A DNA stretch of 64,000 bases from Eledone cirrhosa (Eukaryota). The stretch is taken from assembly GCA_964016885.1 (NCBI GenBank), contig OZ024760.1:682001-746000 (forward strand). The letters run 5' to 3'. Made by a program: the position numbers and the translations under genes. Of the stretch, positions 30,489 to 44,697 are shown in pieces. Numbering within the stretch: the first letter of the stretch is position 1; each line of letters begins with the position of its first letter. Below the pieces are notes generated by a model. The model did no database searches, was not told where the DNA came from, and was given only the letters and a program-made list of their open reading frames with translations.

Positions 30489-30589
30489 GGGTGTCCCCCA
30501 AAAAAGGAATACTGACTTAAACACCATTCTAATAAATATTGCCTGTACAACTAGTCAAAGTATGAATATATTTTTTGGGGGATACCCAG
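30487..30589. mobile_element. 103-bp Tc1/mariner-type MITE
   Basis: TIRs CAGGGTGTCCCCCAAAA / TTTTGGGGGATACCCAG; related 103-bp copy at 45476-45578. Confidence 0.7.
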
Positions 30590-30608
30590 TGTAATATATA
30601 TATATATC

Positions 30609-30669
<61 letters not shown>

Positions 30670-30673
<4 letters not shown>

Positions 30674-30789
30674 TCATCATCATCATCACCATCATTTTAC
30701 GTCCGCTTTTCCCTGCTTGCAAGGGTGGGACGGGTCCTATTTAGCACAGCATCTCTCCACCTGTGACGGTCCTTCGTCACCTCCTCCGT
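30670..30789 (-). mobile_element. LINE/SINE 3' tail with (ATG)n
   Basis: Reverse complement of GGAG.TGACGAAGGACCGT...GCAAGCAGGGAAAAGCGGACGTAAAATGATG, also seen at 49055-49140. Confidence 0.65.
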
Positions 30790-30824
30790 GATATATATAT
30801 ATGTATGTATGTATGTATGTATAT

Positions 30825-31124
30825 TTGGTAAATATCATCTTGGTTAAGAGAGTGGGACTGGCTTTGTGCAGTGCCTTTGCTCACTATAAAAGCTTCACGG
30901 CACAGGCATTGCTTTATATCTGGAGATCTCTCTGCACTTGTCGTCACATGGTACCATGGGCCCAGCACTATGTGACAATAATTGTCACAAGTGTAGTGTT
31001 TGTACCAGAGTTTTCAAGTCGCTGGCTGGACTAAAAAGTCACACTTGTTCAGCGCATCGGTAGGGGTTCTCCTACATGGATATAAAGTAGTGGCCGTACT
31101 CGAAAACGTGTTGGCAGCCACCAT
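30825..31124 (+). mobile_element. 5'-truncated RTE-derived element (type 1)
   Basis: Matches the 3' half of 58929-59510. Confidence 0.8.
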
Positions 31125-31140
31125 ATATATATATATTTAT

Positions 31141-31344
31141 ATAGTAATAATAATAAATTTGAAGACTAAAATCCAAAGAGGGCTCGATAAGGATTAATAT
31201 ATATCAAATACATAAGAACCGTAGAGCAAATATTTATTAAAATAACAGAATAAAGTTTAAGCAAAGAATCGGTGAGTTTCAGAAGATCCCGTTAAGGGTG
31301 AAAGCAGCGATTCTTTGCTTAAACTTTAATCTGTTATTTTAATA

Positions 31345-31350
<6 letters not shown>
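31141..31350. mobile_element. Fold-back hammerhead element, family B
   Basis: Inverted arms 31231-31271 / 31308-31348. Hammerhead topology at 31275-31325: AGTTT-CAGAAGA-tCCCgttaaGGGt-GAAAGCA..TGCTT-AAACT. Confidence 0.75.
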
Positions 31351-31442
<92 letters not shown>

Positions 31443-31928
31443 TTATATATATATATGTATGTACATAGTGGTACACAGAGATGCTATAATAGCCGATGAA
31501 ATAGGTGGAAGATACTTTGAGACGGAAGAGGAGGTCATCATCGACCGCTACTCGGAAGCGAACTTCGTATCTTCCAGATACCGGCTAGGCGTTTGTGAAC
31601 CTCAAAACAACCACCACCATTATCATCATGATCACCACCACAAACAACGCCAACACCACCCTGACCACCACTACAACGGGCTCCACCACCTCCAATAACA
31701 TCAGTATCACCACTACCATGACCACCACTGCCAAAGCGCTCCACTAATAACAAACATTTTCAATGTTTATGTCTGCACGAAGCTGTTTCATTTACAGACG
31801 ACATCCAATATTGCCTAAGGATGGAAACAAACCCGAGACCTTTGTGTGGGTGTATATGTATGTATGTATGTACATCTCTCTCTCTCACTCTCTCCCTCCC
31901 TCTCTCTCTCTCCCTCTCTCTCTGCCTT

Positions 31929-31983
<55 letters not shown>

Positions 31984-32199
31984 GTATATAAATATATACA
32001 TATAAATACTTACATATATAAATATATATATATATAAATACATGCAGATATATATATATATATATATATACTTATATATATATATATATACTTATATATA
32101 TATACTTATATATATATATACTTATATATATATATATATATATATATATACTTATATGTATATATATATGTATAAATACATGCATATATATAAATATAT

Positions 32200-32541
32200 A
32201 TATTGTTTTGCTTTGGGAGGATCATGTTGCCAATAAGAAACACACGCACCAGTTGCGTTCACTTCAATTTATTATAAATGAAATTTATAATACTGAAGAG
32301 GTCACAGAATGTGTGACGAAAGAACTTTGACAATATATGAACAATCGTCTGGTTGTGGAACCAACCAACAAACCGGAAATTTATAAATTCTTAAATTTAT
32401 AAATTTAATTTATAATAAATTGAAGTGAAAGCAACTGGTGCGTGTGTTTCTTATTGGCAACATGACCTTCCCAAAGCATAACAATATCTGTTTCAACACA
32501 CGTTTTCAGATAAAGAATCTTGCTAAACAAATTCAGAAACG

Positions 32542-32545
<4 letters not shown>
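32200..32545. mobile_element. Fold-back element with hammerhead-like core in the loop
   Basis: ~90-bp inverted arms (32200-32290 / ~32396-32487) around CTGAAGA-gGTCACAgaatgTGTGAC-GAAA; stems I and III unclear; (TA)n flanks. Confidence 0.6.
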
Positions 32546-32584
<39 letters not shown>

Positions 32585-32642
32585 ATATAATATATATATA
32601 TATATAATTTATATATATATATGTATATATATATATATAAAT

Positions 32643-32735
<93 letters not shown>

Positions 32736-33006
32736 CATACATATATATAAATACATACATATATATATATAAATACATATATATATATATATATATATGT
32801 GTATATAAATACATACATATGTATACATATATATGTATATAAATACATACATATATATACATACATATATAAAAATACATACATATATAAATATATATAT
32901 ATATGTATGTAAACATAACTATATATATAAATACATACATATATATATATAAACATAAATATATATATATATAAATACATACATACATATATATATATAA
33001 ATACAT

Positions 33007-33056
<50 letters not shown>

Positions 33057-33059
<3 letters not shown>

Positions 33060-33114
33060 AACAAGTAAGACCCCGACGGCTGAGCTCAAGCCGTTTCGAC
33101 GGCTAATTCTGGAC
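33057..33114 (-). mobile_element. Single arm of family A, ending at the hairpin apex
   Basis: AGGAACAAGTAAGACCCCGACGGC...CTAATTCTGGAC, then TA repeats. Confidence 0.85.
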
Positions 33115-33780
33115 GTATATATATATACGTATACATATATACTCTAAAGCAGTTATGCTAAAGCTGTGAAATCTTGCATGCATTAGGTTTGACTCCTTCC
33201 AGTGACTGTGTTGAAAAATAAAAATAAACCACATTTGGTCATTCCATGAGAGTATCTTGTTCAAGCTATGAACTGTTAAAACGAGACTCTTACATTATTG
33301 ACATTATCTGATGTGTTATACTTTAGATTAGATTAATATATTGGTTATATGTTTCAGGTTTTAGTTGATTGCGCATTAAGTAAGCTACGCATGGTTGCGG
33401 GTGCGGTGGAGGTGGCTTAATTGTGCTGAAAGTCGTGTCTTTGTAGCTGAGTAAATATATTTTGTGGCATTGAACGTGGTTAGTTTAAGTTTTTTGTATA
33501 TAGATCTACTTTTATTTTATAGGTGAGTGGGGTTATGAGAATATATATATGTATGTAATATAATATACAAACGCAAAAATGTATATATGTATATATGTGT
33601 GTGTGTGCGCGTGTGTGAGTATAGAAACACACATATTTATATATTATATATATGCATATATATATATATAAATATATATGCATATATATATATATATAAA
33701 CAAACACGTATATATGTATATATATATATATATAAATATATACGTATATATGTATCTATATATAATATATATATAATATA

Positions 33781-34804
33781 CTAGCAGTAAAGCCCGGCGT
33801 TGCTCGGCGTCGCTCAGTAGCTGTGTTAAAGTTACAATGTTAAGTTTCTTTCTTGGCTTAAAAACTGTAGTGTCTACTGTGCAGACTTGCATGTGGTGTT
33901 TTTGATTAATATTCCCTCAACCAACAATATGCCTTATGAAGTTAAGAAAACATAACGATAACCCGAATGTTATAACAAAAGAGGATGCTATGGATAGAAA
34001 CTGCACTGGTTATTTATTAACAAAGATCGAAAATGTAAACACTGCAACGCAGAGAAAAACATTAGCGTAACCAAATTATCAGTTATGTCTGTCTGCACGC
34101 CTATATCACCTCTCTGCACGACTGTCTGTCTGCACGCCTATATCACCTCTCTGCACGACTGTCTGTCTGCACGCCTATATCATCTGTCTGCACGACTGTC
34201 TGTCTGCACGCCTAACGACGAAATATTTGCTTGTTTTACGTAGTCTTTAAATAGACTTGTTTTCAAGTAAAAATATTGTTTTAAAATGCTTTTAAATGGA
34301 AATGAAGCAAAACGGGGTCGCTCAGTAGCTGTGTTAAAGTTACAATGTTAAGTTTCTTTTTTGGCTTAAAAACTGTAGTGTCTACTGTGCAGACTTGCAT
34401 GTGGTGTTTTTGATTAATATTCCCTCAACCAACAATATGCCTTATGAAGTTAAGAAAACATAACGATAACCCGAATGTTATAACAAAAGAGGATGCTGGG
34501 GATAAAAACTGCACTGGTTATTTATTAACAAAGACTGAGAAAGCCAGCGTAATTTTTTACGTAAGACGCTCAATGTAAACAGAACAAAGGGAAATAACTG
34601 ATAACTTACGCTCAAAAATCGATACATTATATTCGATTTCGTCACATAGGGTGGGTCAATTTGAAATTTTTTTTTTCCGATGTCTTCGCTAGGGCTCAAT
34701 GTACAAGTATAGCAATTTCGGTGCAATTCCGTGAGAGATTCTAAGAGGAGATGTGTGCCAAAAATCGATAGACAGACAGACAACCACAGTTTTATATATA
34801 TAGA
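33781..34804 (-). mobile_element. Non-autonomous Helitron, copy 3, with internal rearrangement
   Basis: Same CTAG/hairpin and TC termini; 34315-34534 re-copies the segment next to the terminal hairpin in place of ~60 bp of normal sequence. Confidence 0.85.
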
Positions 34805-34903
34805 TATAGGCATATATATATATATATATATATACAAACGCACACACACGCATATGTATATATATATATATACTAACACACAGACACACACAGATATATA
34901 TAC

Positions 34904-34934
<31 letters not shown>

Positions 34935-35139
34935 CATATATATATATACATATACACATATATGCATACATACACACACACAGGTAAATATGTATATAAT
35001 ATAGCCAAGCGTACGGTTTCGGTCTATTATCACCTCTATGTGACTTAATACATTTGATGTTCCGCTGTTTGTTTTAATAGTCGCTGCAAAATATCGCTTC
35101 TTGGTATTGGTTTGTAATATAGAATTCATTTAGAATATG

Positions 35140-35218
<79 letters not shown>

Positions 35219-35250
35219 GAAGGTATATGTATGAATGTAAGTGCATGTTG

Positions 35251-35286
<36 letters not shown>

Positions 35287-35369
35287 CATATATATATTAT
35301 ATACATCCATATAAATATATATATATACATACATTCATATTTATATATATATATATATTCATTCATATT

Positions 35370-35407
<38 letters not shown>

Positions 35408-35463
35408 TACATGCATATATATATATATATGCATACATGCATATATATATTCCTATATATATG

Positions 35464-35505
<42 letters not shown>

Positions 35506-35574
35506 TACATATATACATATATATATCTACACACATACATACATTCATATATATTTATATATATACATACATTC

Positions 35575-35608
<34 letters not shown>

Positions 35609-35642
35609 ATACATTGATATATATATATATATATACATACAT

Positions 35643-35727
<85 letters not shown>

Positions 35728-35906
35728 CAGCCGTGCTCTAACAAATATACATCCATGTATATTTGTTTATTAGAAATACTTTTGAGGTGAGACGAAATGA
35801 AATGTTATCTATTTGATCTGAAAAAGATTTACTCAACAAAATCTCTATCAATTTGATTTTCAGTCACACATACACACATATTCATAGACACACACAAACA
35901 CACACA

Positions 35907-35954
<48 letters not shown>

Positions 35955-36366
35955 TGCACACACCTATAGATATCCACACACAAATACACACAGATGCACA
36001 CACCTATATATATATATACACACACACAGGTACACACATGCACACAGATACACACACCTTTACATAGACACACACACACATATATGCAGAGATATACAAA
36101 CCCATATATATATACACAGGTACACACATGCACAAAGATACACACACTTTTACATAGACACATACACACGTAGATACACACACATAAACCTAGCCAAACA
36201 TACAAATATGCACACATATATATAGACACACTTACGTAAACATATATATATATTATTTACGTTATTACTCATATGTGTATGTATATATATATATATGTGT
36301 GTGTGTACATATTACACACACACACTTATATATATGTACGATGTCAAATTTTCGGCTGTGAATATA

Positions 36367-36439
<73 letters not shown>

Positions 36440-36442
<3 letters not shown>

Positions 36443-36498
36443 AACGAGTAGGACCCCGACGGCTGAGCTCAAGCCGTTGCGACGGCTAATTCTGGACT
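36440..36498 (-). mobile_element. Single arm of family A
   Basis: As 33057-33114. Confidence 0.85.
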
Positions 36499-36550
36499 AT
36501 ATATATATACGATATTAACAAATGCAAACTATATTTATAAAACCATATTT

Positions 36551-36613
36551 ATTTCATTATACATATTTCAAGGATACCAAGTTAAATTATGGTGTGCTTT
36601 CATCAGACAAAAT
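36551..36613 (-). ncRNA. Type I hammerhead ribozyme motif (paralog of 26892-26954)
   Basis: ATTTTGT-CTGATGA-AAGCACACCA..TGGTATCCTT-GAAAT-atgt-ATA-ATGAAAT; core intact. Confidence 0.85.
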
Positions 36614-36759
36614 ATAATATAGATCAGTTTTATAAATAAATATTGACATACCCTTAAAAAGTGCAACCATTACTGTTGGAAGCTCCCAGATAGTGGAGTT
36701 GTTTACTTATATTCTTATTAGTATTGGATATTTTTATTTTTAAAATAACCCGTTGGGTT

Positions 36760-37099
<340 letters not shown>

Positions 37100-37120
37100 C
37101 ATATATATATATAGATATAT

Positions 37121-37334
37121 ATCAGAAAAGGTGTGGTAAAATACCAGGTGGACCATAACCCACCAGAGTACTTGATACTTGGGGTAATAGAGTAGACAGC
37201 GGATCTAGCTGTCGAAACCGCCGGAGCTCAGCCGTCGGGGTCCTGAAGAGTTTCATAATACCCACTTTACTACCCCAAGTATCGAGTACTCTGGTGAGTT
37301 ATGGTCCACCTGGTATTTTGCCACACCTTCTGAT
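37121..37334 (+). mobile_element. Diverged family A relative whose inverted arm copies the 3' tail
   Basis: 37121-37194 is the inverse of 37264-37334; middle reads GACAGCggatctaGCTGTC-GAAAC..GCC-GTC-GGGGTC. Confidence 0.8.
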
Positions 37335-37352
37335 ATATATCTATATATATAT

Positions 37353-37589
37353 ATTATTAGAAATGTAAGCTATCGCCGTATTTTGGCTAAAGAAATTAAA
37401 CAAATTAGTTAGCCTGATAGTGGGGTTAAGAACCCTCGGAGAAATGGAAAAAGATGAGTATTTACGTACATGGGAGTCGAACCCATATCTTTTTCCATTC
37501 CTCCGAGGGTTCTTAACCCCACTATCAGGCTAAATAATTTCTTTAATTTCTTTAGTCAAAATACGGCGATAGCTTACATTTTTGATAAT
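37353..37589. repeat. Fold-back (103-bp arms) with a tRNA-like B-box in the loop
   Basis: Arms 37353-37455 / 37487-37589; minus strand loop ATGGGTTCGACTCCCAT; A-box-like TAGCCTGATAGTGG in the arm. Confidence 0.75.
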
Positions 37590-37624
37590 TTCAAACCAAC
37601 TCGCTGTTTCGAAAATATTCTTCC

Positions 37625-37718
<94 letters not shown>

Positions 37719-37812
37719 GTGGAACACTGGAAGGTAATATCCGTAGTGGTAGAGCACTCAGTCCAAGGGACGAGTTAGGTAGAAGTGGTTACACAACAGT
37801 TAGCTCACCATA

Positions 37813-37852
37813 CTGAGAACAATTGTTTCACCTTCGCGTATCTTCAGCTCGG
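37813..37852 (-). ncRNA. Minimal hammerhead motif, left arm of a palindrome
   Basis: CCGAG-CTGAAGA-tacgcgaaggt-GAAAC-AATT-GTT-CTCAG. Confidence 0.7.
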
Positions 37853-37922
37853 GATGTGTATGGTTATAGGAACAGGAAGGACAACCTTTGTCCTATAACC
37901 TGTTCCTATAACCATACACATC

Positions 37923-37962
37923 CCGAGCTGAGGATCCGCGAAGGTGAAACAATTGTTCTCAG
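37923..37962 (+). ncRNA. Minimal hammerhead motif, right arm of a palindrome
   Basis: CCGAG-CTGAGGA-tCCgcgaaGGt-GAAAC-AATT-GTT-CTCAG; palindromic ACAATTGT stem III. Confidence 0.7.
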
Positions 37963-37989
37963 TATGGCGAACTAACTGTTGTGTAAGGT

Positions 37990-38424
37990 TATCTCCCTTG
38001 CTGAAATCCATGTGCGTATTTTTAGCCTGGGTCTTGTCTTTCTATCCATTCGGACGAAGCTCGTTGATGAAGTAACTCCAGTCCCCCTGTTGTCTGTAAG
38101 TCTTATATTTTTATATGAGCTGATAGATGACGGTTTAAGGATTTACAGAAACCCAAGAAGCTAGATATTCCATCTCTCTAGTGGGTCCGGGTATGCATTT
38201 TACATTCATTTCATTTATTGATTTATTGATAATTTATCTGAGTGTCCCGAATCTTCCATATCGAACTTGTCGGTTATTTGGTTGATTGTAGACATATTCT
38301 ACGTGTGACGGTATTTAACGATAGTTATAGCTCTAATTTATTTGAATTATAGAGCCCTCTGCCGCTCATCTCGAATTTTGTTTATCGTGAACTCGTGCGC
38401 CGATTTTTCGATACTCGATTATTC

Positions 38425-38505
<81 letters not shown>

Positions 38506-38540
38506 CATATTTATTCACAGCCGAAAATTTGACATCGTAC

Positions 38541-38635
<95 letters not shown>

Positions 38636-39115
38636 GTACACACACATACATATATATATGAATAGTAACGTAAATAATCTACTATATAAATTGGAAGTGG
38701 TCGGACGTTGTATATGTAGATGTAGTCGGATAAACGTCGAAACGGCTTGGTGGAATGCAGCGAAAATTTACACACTTATGCAGAATGACCCGAGGAGGCG
38801 TTGGGCCGACTGTCAAGCTACAGGCTTCCATGGTTACGGAGAAAATCGATGAAACAGGAATTATTTTGAATATGGTTTGAAACTCGAAAAATTCGATGAT
38901 AAAGATCTGAGCTCTGAAGAGGTAAATATGTATCTTGAATCCGTTCAGTAGTGTGTCCACTACACATCCTGTTTCGCCATTGATAGAATACAGGGAGGAA
39001 GGTGGGGGAGGGGCTGATAGTTGATGTCTCAAATTTCCCCCGGAGCTCACTGATTAATAACTTATAGACTTCTCTTGAAACCAACAGGTGTTGTTGCTCC
39101 ACACGAAAGCCAGTA
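37990..39115 (-). pseudogene. Possible highly decayed Penelope-like coding remnant
   Basis: Minus-strand reading ...DWSYFINELRPNG* (~38085-38042) resembles the GIY-YIG C-terminal ExxFIxxLxPxxN motif of PLEs; adjacent to the hammerhead palindrome; many stops. Confidence 0.3.
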
Positions 39116-39214
39116 TTTAATCACCATAGAAAACAGGTAAAAACAGGTAAAAACAAAACAAAAAAAAAACAGAAAACAAAGAAAATTTAAATAAATAAAT
39201 AAATAAATTTATTG

Positions 39215-39223
39215 TGATAATAA

Positions 39224-39254
<31 letters not shown>

Positions 39255-39282
39255 AATAACAATAATAATAATAATAATAATG

Positions 39283-39368
<86 letters not shown>

Positions 39369-39602
39369 AAGAAGAAGAAGAAGAAGAAGAAGAAACAAAA
39401 AACGATAAAAACGTAGAGAGAAGAAAGTAGAACAAAACAACTAGCAACAACAATAAACACAAACAATGACTGCAACACAACTACAACAGTAACACCTGTA
39501 ACAACATTAACTACAGCAACAACTACAACAACACAAACAACGGTTGCAATAATAACACAAACAACAACAATAACAACAACAACTAAAACACTACTGCAAC
39601 AC

Positions 39603-39633
<31 letters not shown>

Positions 39634-40110
39634 GACTAAAACCGTTCCACAACAGCAACCAAAACAACTACAACAAAGCCACAAACAACTACTGCACACA
39701 AAAACACACAGAAAATCACCAACAAATACAACAACTATAACACAAACAATAACTATACCACAAACAACAACAAATATAACAACTACTACAACAACAAATA
39801 CAACAACACTACTACAACAATAACAACTATAACAACACTACTACTACAACACAAACAACAACAATAATAACAACAACTGCTTCAACAACACTACAACAAC
39901 AACGCAAACAACTATAACAAAAATCACAAATAGTTAAAACAACAAAAACAAACAACAATAACTAGAGTAACAACAAAGAAACACCAACAACAACAACTAC
40001 AGTAACAACAAGGAGACAATAACAACAACTTCAACTACAGTAACAACAACCTTAACAACAACAACCGTAACAACAACACCAACACCAACAACAACGGTAA
40101 CAACAACAGT
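39215..40110. repeat. (AAT)n, (AAG)n and degenerate (AAC)n tracts
   Basis: Direct inspection. Confidence 0.95.
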
Positions 40111-40119
40111 AAGAACAAC

Positions 40120-42015
40120 ACCAATAACAATAACCACAGTAACAACAATAACACCAACAACAACCACAGTAACAACAATAACACCAACAACAACCCCAGT
40201 AACAACAATAACACCAACAACAACCACAGTAACAACAATAACACCAACAACAACCCCAGTAACAACAATAACACCAACAACAACCACAGTAACAACAATA
40301 ACACCAACAACAACCCCAGTAACAACAATAACACCAACAACAACGCCAGTAACAACAATAACACCAACAACAACCACAGTAACAACAATAACACCAACAA
40401 CAACCACAGTAACAACAATAACACCAACAACAACCACAGTAACAACAATAACACCAACAACAACCACAGTAACAACAATAACACCAACAACAACCCCAGT
40501 AACAACAATAACACCAACAACAACCACAGTAACAACAATAACACCAACAACAACCACAGTAACAACAATAACACCAACAACAACCACAGTAACAACAATA
40601 ACACCAACAACAACCCCAGTAACAACAATAACACCAACAACAACGCCAGTAACAACAATAACACCAACAACAACCACAGTAACAACAATAACACCAACAA
40701 CAACCACAGTAACAACAATAACACCAACAACAACCACAGTAACAACAATAACACCAACAACAACCCCAGTAACAACAATAACACCAACAACAACCCCAGT
40801 AACAACAATAACACCAACAACAACCACAGTAACAACAATAACGCCAACAACAACCACAGTAACAACAATAACACCAACAACAACCCCAGTAACAACAATA
40901 ACACCAACAACAACCCCAGTAACAACAATAACACCAACAACAACCACAGTAACAACAATAACAACAACCACAGTAACAACAATAACGCCAACAACAACCA
41001 CAGTAACAACAATAACACCAACAACAACCCCAGTAACAACAATAACGCCAACAACAACCACAGTAACAACAATAACAACAACAGTAAGAACAACACCAGT
41101 AACAATAACCACAATAACAACAATAACACCAACAACAACCACAGTAACAACAATAACGCCAACAACAACCCCAGTAACAACAATAACACCAACAACAACC
41201 CCAGTAACAACAATAACACCAACAACAACCACAGTAACAACAATAACAACAACCACAGTAACAACAATAACGCCAACAACAACCACAGTAACAACAATAA
41301 CACCAACAACAACCCCAGTAACAACAATAACGCCAACAACAACCACAGTAACAACAATAACAACAACAGTAAGAACAACACCAGTAACAATAACCACAAT
41401 AACAACAATAACACCAACAACAACCCCAGTAACAACAATAACGCCAACAACAACCACAGTAACAACAATAACAACAACAGTAAGAACAACACCAGTAACA
41501 ATAACCACAATAACAACAATAACACCAACAACAACCCCAGTAACAACAATAACGCCAACAACAACCACAGTAACAACAATAACAACAACAGTAAGAACAA
41601 CACCAGTAACAATAACCACAATAACAACAATAACACCAACAACAACCCAGTAACAACAATAACGCCAACAACAACCCAGTAACAACAATAACACCAACAA
41701 CAACCCCAGTAACAACAATAACGCCGACAACAACCACAGTAACAACAATGAGACAATAACAACAACAGTAAGAACAACACCAATAACAACAACCACAGTA
41801 ACAACAATAACACCAACAACAACCACAGTAACAACAACAACAGTAACAACAACAACCACAGTAACAACAATAACACCAACAACAACCCCAGTAACAACAA
41901 TAACACCAACAACAACCACAGTAACAACAATAACAGTAACAACAACAACAACCACAGTAACAACAATAACACCAACACCAACAACAACCACGGTAACAAC
42001 AATAACACCAACAAT
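40120..42015. repeat. 30-bp minisatellite AACAACAATAACACCAACAACAACC(A/C)CAGT with higher-order variants
   Basis: Period of 30 visible as column alignment in 60-nt lines; the ~660-aa minus ORFs are artefacts. Confidence 0.95.
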
Positions 42016-42244
42016 AGGCAACGTCAGTAACAGAGAATATCAATTACTGAAGGTGGTAGTAAAAGGGTGTGTTGTATGATTAAGGAAAGACTATCCTAAC
42101 CTCACAGCCTGTAGAGGCAGTGGAGTGGATCCACGTGTGTCTAATACAGACATTGCAAGGTTTCACTTTACAACTAAACAATGACGACTTTCTTCTTTAA
42201 CTCACACAACTATTTTCATTATTTCATTATCATCTTTTATTTAT

Positions 42245-42309
<65 letters not shown>

Positions 42310-42351
42310 CCTCTCTCTCTCTTCCCCAGTCTCTCTATCCCCCACTCTCTG

Positions 42352-42406
<55 letters not shown>

Positions 42407-42420
42407 CTGTGTGTGTATGT

Positions 42421-42504
<84 letters not shown>

Positions 42505-42701
42505 TTATATGTATGTGTATATATATATACATACATATGTGTATATATATATATAGAGATAGATATATGTGTATATATATATATATATATATAGATACAT
42601 ATATGTATATACACATACATACATATATGTATATATATACATATATATATATATAAATATATATATATATATGTGTGTGTGTGTGTATGTATACATACAT
42701 A

Positions 42702-42733
<32 letters not shown>

Positions 42734-42765
42734 CATACATATGTGTATATATATATATAGATAGA

Positions 42766-42805
<40 letters not shown>

Positions 42806-42945
42806 TACATATATGTTTATATATATATATATTTACATACATATATGTATCTATATATATATATATGTATATATATACATATATGTATATATATATGTAT
42901 ATATATATATATACATATATGTATATACACATACATACATATATG

Positions 42946-42981
<36 letters not shown>

Positions 42982-43004
42982 AATATATATATATATGTGT
43001 GTGT

Positions 43005-43145
43005 GTTAAGTATTTCCGAGGGAAAAAGAGTACTCTATGTATAGAACAGAGCTATTTAATTAGAAAGTGAACAAAACAATATCTAGGGTCCTGAAACCTT
43101 TGGTAATGGAGTAGTTATATATTGTGTTGTTCACTTTCTAATTAT
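43005..43145 (+). mobile_element. Truncated fold-back relative of the 4135 hammerhead element
   Basis: GAAACC-ttt-GGTA-ATGGA...ATATTGTGTTGTT as at 4188-4225; inverted TAGAAAGTGAACAA / TTGTTCACTTTCTA. Confidence 0.6.
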
Positions 43146-43164
43146 ATATTCTAGTCGATCGACT

Positions 43165-43315
43165 TTCGTCAAATCGGACCGAGGAAACTATGTTTCCGTT
43201 GGTCTTTCCAATTGCTAATACTATCTATCGGTCGCAACTCCAGGTAGAAGGAGCAACGTGAAATAAAGTGTCTTGCTCAAGGACATAACGCATCGCCTGG
43301 TTCAGGAATCGAATA
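43165..43315 (-). mobile_element. tRNA-SINE fragment with the GTGTCCTTGAGCAAGACAC core
   Basis: GGAGCAACGTGAAATAAAGTGTCTTGCTCAAGGAC; relatives at 44808-44885 and 46315-46430. Confidence 0.7.
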
Positions 43316-43353
43316 ATTATATATATATATACATATACATATATATATATATA

Positions 43354-44255
43354 GCAGACCTCGCAGGGACTCTATATCTTTATGATATATTGTTTTTGTT
43401 TATGCCACGAAACTACGTAGTCGAGGAATTTAGGAGCAGTTTAGGTATGATACATTTTATTACTAATTATATCTAAATGTTTCTTCTCTCTTCATAATGT
43501 ATTTTTAACTCTGATACTGGTTCAGTCTAGTTCAACTGAATTGGTCTGTCCCGGTCATTCATTGAGCAACATCGGTGAAGTTGGCACCCTTAACTCACAG
43601 TTGGGTGCGGATGCATTCATATATATATGTGTGTGTCCGCATGTATCTGTGTGTTTCTAAATATATTGTTAATAACTCCCTCTGGTCGAGCAATCTTTGA
43701 AGTGTGGGGACAACTGGAAAGCTTCCATTACTCATACTTCTAGCCTTCTTCACCACCTCTTCTGCGGCCTCGATATGAATACCCCCTCCGCCTCCGTGGT
43801 ATTTTCTTCGTGGTTATAAGAGGCTCAGCTCTGTTTCTCGACCGTTATATCGCGTGACTATCTCCCCCTCCGCCTTTTGGGATTCTTTATCACGTCGTGT
43901 AGACGCGTTCTTGAGACTAGTAAAATGAGGTATCCTCTTGATAAGTCGGCAGACCTCGCAGGGACTCTATATCTTTATGATATATTGTTTTTGTTTATGC
44001 CACGAAACTACGTAGTCGAGGAATTTAGGAGCAGTTTAGTTATGATACATTTTATTACTAATTATATCTAAATGTTTCTTCTCTCTTCATAATGTATTTT
44101 TAACTCTGATACTGGTTCAGTCTAGTTCAACTGAATTGGTCTGTCCCGGTCATTCATTGAGCAACATCGGTGAAGTTGGCACCCTTAACTCACAGTTGGG
44201 TGCGGATGCATTCATGTATATATGTGTGTGTCCGCATGTATCTGTGTGTTTCTAA

Positions 44256-44262
<7 letters not shown>
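43354..44262 (+). mobile_element. Partial tandem (595-nt period) hammerhead retroelement, retrozyme/PLE-like
   Basis: 314-bp direct repeats 43354-43667 and 43949-44262; hammerhead at 43933-44022 TCCTC-TTGATAA-GT(c)GGCA..TGCCAC-GAAAC-TACGTA-GTC-GAGGA; (TA)n both sides. Confidence 0.8.
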
Positions 44263-44298
<36 letters not shown>

Positions 44299-44336
44299 AG
44301 GAGGTTATAGTTCACTCGAAGCATTGTGTAATGAGG

Positions 44337-44697
<361 letters not shown>

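Noticed and set aside
39997-42043. Three ~660-aa minus-strand ORFs
   Set aside because: All three frames are open because of the 30-bp AAC minisatellite.
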